Assembly (NCBI GenBank): GCA_051362555.1
Contig: CM120640.1
Span: 22,303,725 to 22,367,724 of the forward strand
Direction of reading: 5' to 3'
DNA: 64,000 nt
DNA from: Lingula anatina
Lineage: Eukaryota; Animalia; Brachiopoda
Below are positions 54,101-64,000 of this stretch, one piece after another (position 1 is the first letter of the stretch; every line of letters starts with the position of its first letter). Position numbers and translations under genes: made by a program. The notes beneath the pieces are model-generated. The model worked only from the letters and a program-made list of their open reading frames with translations, ran no database searches and was not told the DNA's origin.

Positions 54101-56529
54101 CCTTTCTTATTTAACACATACTTGCAGAGAATGACTCCGTCCCGGAGAACCTCTTCATACGGTCTGTCCATGTCAATTTTGTACGAGTCACCCAGCACGG
54201 CTTGTATCCATTCTAATGTTTCGCGCTCTACGGCCGGGTCCCGCTTTTTGTCAATCTTACAAACAAAAAATAAGTAAATAAATAAAAGTGAAAATAAAAA
54301 CGTATAAACAAAAAGGTGAAATTAATGTCCAAAAACTCTTGCAGTCGATGTGCATCATTTAGCGTTCTACCATTTATTCTTCAAATCAGCAATTGCTTTT
54401 TTATTCTTTTCCGAACAGGATTAAAAATCCATATTATAGCACAAGTTCGATTAAAGAAGGTGTATATGATCCCGGGGTTCCTGTTCAGAAGAATCGACTC
54501 AAATACGATAGAAATGAAAATAAATGGAACAAAAGTCAACTGAACACAAATAGGTATATAATACTCATAAAACCATACTTATTACATTAAAATATAAAAT
54601 AAATCTGTATGCTCAATATTGAACTCAGCTCTCAAGACATCCTTTTACATTTGCAATACTTACAGCAAAATCACTGACATTCACACTTTTGATAAATCTG
54701 ATACAATATATGTAGAGTGTTTACGTACCGCATGTTATCAAACGTTAAAACCAATCTGAAACACCTGGAAACCTGTGCTCATTGTAATGAATTACAGCAC
54801 AGTTGCTCAGATACATTAACTGAGACCGAAGCTAATCATAAGATAGGCAGACGATCGTAAATACCAAGCTTTCCCACATTCTAACCAACCTGCCAAATAT
54901 GGCTCGACTAAGTCAAGGTGTTTCGTGTATAAAGTTAAAATTTGAAACTAAACGGAAGAGCAAAAATGCGTCCTGTCTTTAGCTGCATTAGGCTTTAGTT
55001 ACTTGGGCAAGGGATATGCTGTTAATATGAACGTCTATAGAATGTTCCATGGAGGGTTTCTACTTTTAAATCAAAAATGATAGTTAAAATGTAATTGATA
55101 ACCTTTTTTTTCTACTTTTAAATCAAAAATGATAGTTAAAATGTAATTGATAACCTTTTTTATTAGGATTGAGGATTACAGTTTGACTTTTGCCAACTCA
55201 AACACTAGTGAGTTAAGAAATGGAAACTATTCAACGTTCCTGTGCAAACATGGATTCTATTATATGGATTCCTTATGCCACACGTCCCCGGATTTTTGCT
55301 ACAATTTGTGATTAAATCACATCCCTCTTAATCACGTAATGATTAGAGTACTAAGTGACCAGCCTGAAATAATTGCATATGTTTTTTTTTTCGAATGATG
55401 CATATAGACCTATATAAGAATATCTGATCTTTTTTCTTTCTTTTTTTTTTCAAGTCAAGCACATCGTTTCATCTATTCTTTTTCAGTGAGAGGTACATAC
55501 AACTAAGGATGAAACGTGGAGTTGTGATTAACACTCCTGACTCGCAGTGCTATACTCGTCTTGCTCGGTTAGCTAGTGAAAATTCGTAGCAGCTATATAA
55601 GGGAAGAACGCATTCGCGTGGGCACGAGCTTGGTCATTTTTTTCTTCCGTGAAGTGCGGTTTTCTACCTGAGGTCCCTATCATTCCTGATTGAGTGCCAA
55701 ACATAAATTACAGCGGGTGGCCGAGATGCCTGTCAAGACGTCTGAGGTATGCCAGCTTTAGGTCTCTTTAGGGAATATCAATTGAATTATTCACAAATTC
55801 GAAAATGGGAATTTAAACATGGCAGAATAACAAAACTGGTGTCCAATATAAATACTAGGGCAAGATGATTCATTTATTTTTGGAATGATGGAAAATGTGA
55901 ATATATTGATAAAACTGTGAGCATACACGTTTTGCGAACTGGAAAAACAGCTTTTAAAAAATTTAGAGCATCACCGCCCTCTCTCTTTCATACATCATCA
56001 AAGTAAAAAACACGTAAGCTGAGACGAAAAGATCTGATTTGTTCTGCCTCCGCGGAATTCCAGGTAGACAGACATTACATTGCCCGCAGCTGGATAAACA
56101 GGGGGAAGCAAAGTTCAGCGTCTGGCTGGGAAATAGTTCCATCGCTATTTATCAATAAAAACAAAGAATAAACTTGCGCCTTCGTGTTTTTCAACACGAG
56201 TGGTATCGGCTAAAGTTTAAACCCACCTTCATTTAAAGCACAATATTTGATGTATAAATCAGCGCATGACTTGAGTGAACATAACAAAATTCGTGTCACT
56301 TCTACAAAAAAGAATAATTAGCACCACAAAAAAAGGACTAGGATATCCATTTTACGTAACTTTCGTTAATAGTAAGCACGTCGTTAAGACTATGAACAAC
56401 GGAACTTATGGCACAAAAAATTAACTATTCAAATATCGATATAAACAAATATACAATCGGCAGAAAATGTACCTTGTTAGCAATGTCCCTGGCAATACCA
56501 GCGGGCTTGGCTCTACTATCTGAACTCAT
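45162..56529 (-). CDS. Transgelin/myophilin/Mp20-type calponin-homology protein with duplicated alternative exons: E1 56473-56529; E2a 54122-54255; E2b 53906-54030; E3a 50627-50831; E4a 49632-49817; E4b 49276-49329; E3b 45535-45739; E4c 45162-45224
   Basis: E1 MSSDSRAKPAGIARDIANK. CH-domain exons WIQAVLG..LRDGVILC / WIGAVTG..LRDGVVLC and LINAL.PGSVK...FQ.VDLWEK. Calponin repeat IIGLQMGSNQGASQSGMNIGNTRHI in E4a. All have canonical splice sites and compatible phases. Confidence 0.9.
46092..47059. mobile_element. Possible TTAA-flanked (Kolobok-like) non-autonomous element
   Basis: TTAAAGAGGCTGTTTGTG versus the reverse complement of CACGAACAGTGCCCTTTAA; imperfect match. Confidence 0.3.
54893..54902. 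promoter_or_regulatory. Consensus CArG box (SRF site) in intron 1 of the calponin-homology gene
   Basis: CCAAATATGG matches CC(A/T)6GG. Function is inference. Confidence 0.35.
55057..55161. repeat. ~52-bp tandem duplication
   Basis: TTCTACTTTTAAATCAAAAATGATAGTTAAAATGTAATTGATAACCTTTTT occurs twice. Confidence 0.9.
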
Positions 56530-56659
56530 TTTCAAGGTGTAAATCCACGCGACAAAACGTAAAAATCGGGTAACGGGAAGGTTCTAGTCACCGGCTCTGG
56601 GTCCTACTCTGGCACTCGGCAGTTCAAGCTGATGGAAAGCAGTAGCCGGGAGAGCTTCC

Positions 56660-56667
56660 CTTTATAG
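56660..56667 (-). promoter_or_regulatory. Candidate TATA box of the calponin-homology gene
   Basis: CTATAAAG on the minus strand ~130 bp upstream of the ATG, in GC-richer context. Confidence 0.5.
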
Positions 56668-58389
56668 CCAAATCGGGAGAAGCTACAACTAATGCATTCC
56701 GGGCCCTGGATCAGATTACCGCAGTTCGTGCATAATTTTGGTATGAGTGTGTACTGCGAATCAGCGCAGAATGGGCGTGCCTTACGTCAAATCTCGCGCG
56801 TTCTCCAACTCTCCTGGCTCTCCTGGGAGGAAAAAGGAACCATAAATGCACATGCCTTGCAATGCCCTCCTGCATTTGTAATCAACTGTGCCAGGCCAGA
56901 GACAATCACGGGGGAATCATGTTAATTGATTTATCAAAAACCGTGGGAATGTACACGAGGAAAACATCCCCGTGATGCTCCCTAGAAACTCTAGGAATCT
57001 TCACTACTTGGACAAAAGAAGCCGGGGTCGGCCTTTCTCAGGTTATTTTCAGTGGAGATGGGCGCTAGGGAGGCCTGAACGTGTTGAATCACAAAAGTAC
57101 AACCAATGATTCTATTTGAATATTTTCAATATTTTAATGCGTTCACTTTTTGTCATGCCCACTAAGATGAATTCACTGCGTGTGTAAATATATATTTGAC
57201 ATCTTTCTAAAGAAACAATAGACAGGCTGACAAGTATGTAATGCTGTACTCTTATTTTTTGTACCGAAAAGACCTCGCATTTTTACTTAACTATAAGTCA
57301 ATCATGCAATTATGAGAGCCTGGGATAGTTAGACTTCCGAAGGCAAAATATGATCATTATTTATCATCACGAGAAGCCATAATCGGATTGTTGTTATGTG
57401 GATAGCTTTTGTTATATTTTCCCTAAATATATACACCAATACTATTTAATGGAAGACACATTAGCCTCTAAATATTTACAAAATTGGAAATTAAAATTAT
57501 TTTCTGGTTTATACAGGCCTCCTGAAGATAGGTGGCGTTTTGGTCTGGAAGATAGCGACCGCCTACTTCTGCCTGGATGTCTATTTTTAGGTATACTTAG
57601 TATATTCATAGTAATATCTAATATTTACGCGTATCTTCTAGAAAGCTGTGGTTTATCACAAGAAAGTGCTTCCATGCATAGTTTATGGCCGTATTTCATC
57701 AAACGGCGAGTCATTCGAAATAGACGGAAAAGGTATACTAGACCGGATTGGGGCGGTTAATTGGGTTTGAGTCACTTTGAAAGTCACCTTTACGCCATAT
57801 ACACAGGTGCCCTCCTTTTCCGGGATTTTAATCCAAGTAGTATTTACTTCTCTTTACATGCCTATTTCCGGGATATTTATCTAACCAAGTCATATTTACT
57901 TCTCTATACATGCCAGACTTTGCTTCTGTAACAAAAGCGCCCATGTCGCGGCATGAGACCAATCTAAGAAATGAGCTCTTGGTGTAAATAAAGAGCAACC
58001 CGAGTCTCAGAAACATCTCACTACTTTTTTACTGTCAACATTTCTCTGCTGCTTCCAGTATGCTGATAGTAGAGAAGTGAGTGTCCAATCTGTGAAAGTT
58101 AGGGTGATAAGGAGTCATTTTTTTAAAGTTAGTAGGCACATTCTCCACCTTCAAGTGCGGATCGAGAATTTTCACCATAAGTTACAGTAGCTATAGGTTC
58201 TCCATTTTTGTACACCTTCCCCACCTCGCCAAAAATAATGTATTAAATGTTAGCAACTAAGACATTCCCTATCAAATGAGATTTGTATTTTTGCGTTTGA
58301 AGGCTGCCAAAACCCAGTAATACAAAATATTACATCTTACATCCATTCTTTTGTCTCTTTTCTTGCACATTCCCCCCCCCCTGGATTTT

Positions 58390-58429
<40 letters not shown>

Positions 58430-59560
58430 GTAGGCCCTGTTTCATATTAACTTGATTTCCTTCCTCTAATTAGTATTAGGCCTATTTATAATAGTTTCTA
58501 CTGAATCTAAACCACCAGACAACATCTTCATCGGGAGCCTCGTTTATTTCTGGAATATTCTGTTTGTGGTAGAAATTGACATGATGCAAACATATTTCTC
58601 GCATTGGACCCACAGCTGCAAGCGCTATAAAGTTAATCACCTTAAGTGCCGTTAGTGTGTCGGTCACTTTCTAATTCCCTACATTAACAATGTAGGCCTA
58701 GACATCAAAATAATAGGCGTTAAACACAGTTTTGTTGGCAATTTTCCAAAAACGCACGCGGTAGACCTACTGTTTGCGTTGTTTTGAGTTTGCTAGTGCC
58801 TCTGAAGCCCATTTTAACCTAATAAAAACAGGCTCCAGACAAGATGGTCCGTTCATCAGGAGCCCTCTATCTCCCCCCCCCCCTTTCCCTCCCCCCCTCC
58901 CCCCCCCCCCCCCCCCCCCCCCCCCAGCATACAAAACTCTCCCTTTCCAAAATTCGGAATATAGACTTACGCCACTGTGGCTTCGTTCCTTGGCGACTTT
59001 CCTTGAATGAACAATCTTTTGGAAATTCAAGTACATTTAGGTTTAGTAATTCCGTTGTCGAATTTACGTAGGGCCTAAGTTATAATTTCAGAAAGAGAGA
59101 AACGTTGCATAATTTACATTTCTCTTTCAATTAACTTGTAGCACTTTATATGCAATACAACACTGGTATGCAGCCAAATGCACGCGAATTTTTCTTCGAT
59201 TGTGTTAGTTGAGATTTTCTCAAATTGTGGGAATACTGGGACTACAAAGATTAATTGGTAAAGGTCAAGGTCAGTTGCAGTTAATGCAGACGTCAAGGTG
59301 CGAATTAATTTTTGTTATTCTAAGCATTCTTATATTTTACGTTATTTTAATTGATAGCCAAGTGTTAAGATTATAAGTAGTGCAATAATGTCATACCTGT
59401 CTATTGTTTTGTTCGAGAGGGACAATATTTTTGCGATTTTTTGCATAACCTTGAGCACGAGACTAGTAGACATACACATGCCATGGTTACGTCCCGTTTC
59501 CCAGTATTTGTGAAGTAAGTAAATCTGATGCAAAACTATTTAATGTTAATATTAAAGTCA

Positions 59561-59726
59561 CAGGGGCGGATCCAGAGCTATTTTTTGACAGTCTTCCAAA
59601 TTATCTTTGTTGATCCATTCTCCATTTTTGACCGTCTTCCGACAGAAAAAAAATAGATATATAGATGTAAACTTGAATATCTGACCGTCTTCCTGAAGAC
59701 CCAGAAAACGACCTCAATCCGCCCCT
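59561..59726. mobile_element. MITE with AGGGGCGGAT inverted ends just upstream of SIRT4
   Basis: CAGGGGCGGAT ... ATCCGCCCCT ends, with internal repeated TGACCGTCTTCC. Confidence 0.65.
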
Positions 59727-59810
59727 TTTAAACTATTAACAGGTATGTACTATATAGCTGGTAAAGATATGTCACAGCAGCTAATTATAAAAAATTGTGC
59801 CTTTCAGTAA

Positions 59811-60618
59811 ATGAAGTTTGTTCCACTCAGTTTACCTGCAGCAAGAAGAGACATAGAAAGCCTGCATGAATTTCTTCTTCAATGCAAGAAGCTGTTTGTT
59901 TTGACAGGAGCTGGAATTTCTACCCCTAGTGGCATCCCAGACTACAGGTCTGAGGGGGTGGGCTTGTATGCCCGCAGTAAGGACAGACCAGTCCAATACC
60001 AGGACTTCCTCAAACATGCACATGTGCGGCAAAGATACTGGGCACGGAATTTTGTTGGTTGGCCAAGGTTTTCCTCCTTCCTTCCCAACAGTGCTCATCT
60101 TAAGTTAGCAGAGTGGGAACGATGTGGCCTTGTCCACAGCCTGGTCACACAGAATGTTGATGCCCTGCACTACAAGGCAGGCAGTCACAAAGTGATAGAG
60201 CTCCATGGCAGCTCTCACCGTGTGGAGTGTTTGCAGTGTAAGAGAATTGTGCCAAGAGTGGCCATTCAGAGACAGATTGAGAGAGACAATCCTCACTGGC
60301 ATGCAGAGATTGTGGGGAGCATGGCTCCAGATGGAGATATACAGTTGTCTCAGGATCAGGTGAAAGATTTCAAGGTACATTAATTTTCTTTTCAAAATAA
60401 ATATTTAAAAAATTATTTGTCAGCATCATAAAGACTTGAAGAAATCTGCTGATATTCAAATATAAATGTACAGATGGCATACATGCCTCGTGTTTAAAAG
60501 CTCATGTATTTGTTAAATGTTTTTCAAAACCAAAATTTCAATAAAAAAAGTGAATTACAGGAAAAACAAATATATCACAAAAGAGGTTATATATGTTAGT
60601 GCTGCAAAAAGCATATGG

Positions 60619-60687
<69 letters not shown>

Positions 60688-61232
60688 GATTGTGCTATCA
60701 ATTAATTTTTTAGGTTCCTGTATGCAGTCATTGTGATGGAATTTTGAAACCCCAGATCATCTTTTTTGGGGACAATGTGCCAAAACCAATCGTTGAAAAT
60801 ATTTATTCAAGATTGACAGAAAGCGACAGCATTCTTGTACTAGGTTCTTCCTTACAGGTTGGTTTAGAATACCTCAGCATAATCATATGATACATAAAAG
60901 TATTTATAAGTGTGATAAATAGTATTTAGTATTCATTTACATAATAAAAATTCAGTTGAAATGAATATATATTTGTCACTTGTGGAAAAAGCAAGATCAT
61001 AAATTAATAATGTTATTTATTGTTTTTAATGTGCTCATTTCAAATCATACGTGTATCTTTTTAGGTTTTCTCAGGATACAGATTTCTCAGGGCTGGCAAG
61101 GAACAAGGAAAGTCCATAGCAATAGTAAATATAGGTCCAACTAGAGCTGATAACATAGCAGATGTAAAAGTTGATGCAGAATGTGTGGAAGTGCTGCAAG
61201 AAATCACATTAAAAGATGTTGGGATATCATAG
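59811..61232 (+). CDS. SIRT4: NAD-dependent sirtuin-4; 3 coding exons (59811-60374, 60714-60857, 61065-61232)
   Basis: LTGAGISTPSGIPDYRSEGVGLYARS, RQRYWARNFVGWPRFS, VTQNVDALH, ELHGS, APDGD, ILKPQIIFFGDNVP, LGSSLQVFSGYRF, IVNIGPTRAD. Confidence 0.95.
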
Positions 61233-61925
61233 ATTTTTTGAATTTTAAAATAATAGTATGACTTGAAATAAGTCATACTGATATATACTTATTGTATAAA
61301 TAACTGGTATAAATGCAGTATAGAGAATATGTTTGTAGTTAGCCAGTACATTATTTTGTTAAATGAAAGCGCTTGGACTCTTGCAGTGCACAAGTGAAAT
61401 GAAGTTTTAATTTAGAAAGTTATAATTTAAATTGTTATGAATATGTTATGATTGTGTTGAATTTGAATATCTTTATCAGTGTGGTAGAAAATAAATACAT
61501 CATTATATATCCCATGATTGTTTTTTTTTTAATAGCCAATCAGTTAGGCACGGATTTAATCTCATCAGTAACAAACAGTTTATTGGTTTGGTTTTGTGTT
61601 TTGTGTTAAAACTAGTGTATGACAATAAAACATTTTAATTTTACTTTTGGGCATTGATCACCTCCCAAAATAGAACTGTTTACCTGACCAAGATTTATAA
61701 GTATGCCTCATAATCGTCGCGTAAAATGTATATTATATTTGATTGAGTATATTATATGTCATTGTGCCGGACTGATATTAAGTAGCACTTAACAGAGACA
61801 AAAAGTAATATTCAGAAGAGGGCGCCTCTTGAGAAAGAACATGTACCACCAGGCGATAATCTGGACTGTTGGAAATTATCTAACGTATAGCGTAGCAGTT
61901 ACTAAATGCTTTCATGAAACGATAT

Positions 61926-62128
61926 TAGTGGCGGATTTAGAGGGGTGTCATGGTGGTCCTCACTCCCCTCTCAGTTTCTGAAAAAAATCACACTAATATG
62001 CCCCACTTCGAATTAACCACGGGTCCCGAACCCACAAGGGGTGCGAGGGTCAGCTTTGTTGTATCCGAGGCCTGTCATGCCTAAAAGTAAAACGGACCCC
62101 CCTTCAAATAATCCTGGATCCACCCCTG
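61926..62128. mobile_element. MITE, same family as 10640-10844
   Basis: TAGTGGCGGATTTAG ... CTGGATCCACCCCTG imperfect TIRs; ~30 nt shared with the 10641 copy. Confidence 0.7.
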
Positions 62129-63290
62129 GATGTGTTGCACAGCACTTACGTGCAGCATTTTGCGGTTGACCTGCGTATTCTCTGACCACGGGATGCACTA
62201 GTAGTTACATACATTATTGTTTCGCAGAAACTTTAATTCTTGTATACTATTTTCGGTTGTATTTTTAGAAGCCCCTGATATCAGGGTATGAAGGTATGTT
62301 GAAAAATGCGCAGCTAGGATACGACCCTCAATGAGACAGTGAGGAACGACCTGGGACTACAAGTAACCCGTTCTTGTCAGTCGTCTTGTGTTGGAACAAA
62401 TTTAACACCTCTTTCATTTTACTTGCTACCCATTGTAAGTCCAAGTAAATGATGGCAAAGATGACTTTGAACAATGCTAATCTGACAAAAATAACAGAGC
62501 GTTGCGTAAAGCAACGGGGAACGTATAAATGTGAGTAAAAATCGCTATCATTTTTTTTTGGATAGACCCCATCTCCACATTGTAAGGAGAAAGCATATCC
62601 TCAAGCAATCATCGTTTTGACAGAATGATATCAATTAACTCGCTGTTTTTTTTCTAATTTGTCCTTCTTACTACGTTTGCATGTTGGTTACTAAAACTTA
62701 TTGACACAAAACTAATATATTTATATGTCAGTTAAAATGGCGATGAAGTTCCTTGAATTAATACGAATAAAAAAATTTTGCAACAACAGCAGAAAGGTCC
62801 TAGAAACGGTTTATGCGGGAAAGTAAAATGATGCACGCAAAGATGTACTTGTAAGTGACCTGTTTTATCTATGTAAACAGCACTACATAAGACAACTTAT
62901 AACATGTTATAAGACTGGATGAGATAACATCTGGTGATATCACACTATGCCTACACCCGGCTGTGCATAATGTTTCTTTTTGTTCTACATCGGTGAGTTT
63001 TCTTGAGTACGGCAATACGGACATTTCGTTTTCAGAGGCTCATGACACGCGCTGCACAGTGTAACACCCCGGCTTGGTTTGTCCAAGAATGCCGTGTCAC
63101 TATCATCTAATGGGTAAACAGAGGTCTGCTCAAGCTCAGTCTTGGATTAAGAACGCGCAGCATGCACTTTACACCCTCTGATGGACAAAGTGAGTGGGAC
63201 TGTAACTGTCGATCATTTTAAGGACGCGTGGCACATCTACAACATCTGCACTACTAAGGACAGAGGGGTGTTAAGAGTGTATTTGTGAAA

Positions 63291-63568
63291 ATGAACGGTC
63301 AGGCCAAAAATCATGGAGATCTTAACGACGAAAACAGCACCCTGGTGAACCAGGAATCACCAGATCAGAGGAAGAACAGTGGAAAAAAAGCTGCTGACGC
63401 CACGAATGAATTGTACCCTGAGATTCACCACTTCGATGAGGTTTTGCAACATATTGGAAATGCTGGTCCATACCAAGTCAGGATATATTTCTTACTGTGT
63501 ATGGTGGCCGTCGTGGAAGCCCTAACAGCATATGCGATAGTTTTCATTGAAGAAACACCGAAGCACAG
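63291..63568 (+). CDS. SLC22-family organic cation/anion transporter, first coding exon (gene continues beyond window)
   Basis: FDEVLQHIGNAGPYQ followed by hydrophobic TM1 and TPKHR, ending at an AG/GTTAG donor. This is a typical SLC22 N-terminus. Confidence 0.82.
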
Positions 63569-64000
63569 GTTAGCACATTCGTATGATGATAGTCCTACAT
63601 AAAGCTATTCGCAGGTTTAGGGAGTTAGGACATGTTATCTGTGTTAGGTCATATTTTCCTGAGCGACTTATGCGAATGGTTCAATATAAACGCCCATGTC
63701 TATTTTACGTTGCTAATATCTATTTAAACTTTACCCCTGTCCTTAAAGGCGGAAAAGTGTTATCTTTTCAAGTTGAGCTCACTTTTATGTTAAAAGCAAG
63801 CTTACTTTGCGCATGAGGCGATTAATCAGTTTGGTCCTTGCCACTGTGCCAGTTGCACATCCTTCAACCTGTAGGGAGCGTTGTTAGATGTTTCAAGGAG
63901 AGATCCTTACCAAAGTTCAGAGGAGGTCAATATGTTTACGTCTTTTAAGGTTTACATTCTATTGTTGACGTCGCTCATATGACTCACATGCGAATAACTA

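Noticed and set aside
57398-59071. Several 60-120 aa ORFs, including poly-Pro/poly-Gly ones
   Set aside because: No recognisable homology or consistent splice structure; the poly-P/G comes from a poly-C tract.

Overview
AT-rich, intron-rich animal genomic DNA from an invertebrate bilaterian. A lophotrochozoan origin is an inference from gene content and repeat types. Spliced protein-coding genes reconstructed by hand: a dissatisfaction-type NR2E nuclear receptor (-), a JmjC-only oxygenase (-) head-to-head with POLR2F (+), CUL5 (-) head-to-head with VBP1/PFDN3 (+, with a U12-type last intron), a transgelin/myophilin-type calponin-homology gene (-), SIRT4 (+), and the first exon of an SLC22-type transporter (+). 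Mobile DNA includes an RTE LINE with an intact ORF and 12-bp target-site duplication, a degenerate hAT element, several MITEs, a 34-bp G-rich minisatellite and a ~0.46-kb tandem duplication of the POLR2F 3' end. The most unusual structure is the calponin-homology gene. It has one first exon, two homologous exon-2 copies, two homologous exon-3 copies of identical length, and three homologous terminal exons, only one of which keeps the calponin repeat. This suggests a combinatorial, mutually exclusive splicing cassette. Exon coordinates were read by eye and no database searches were run.
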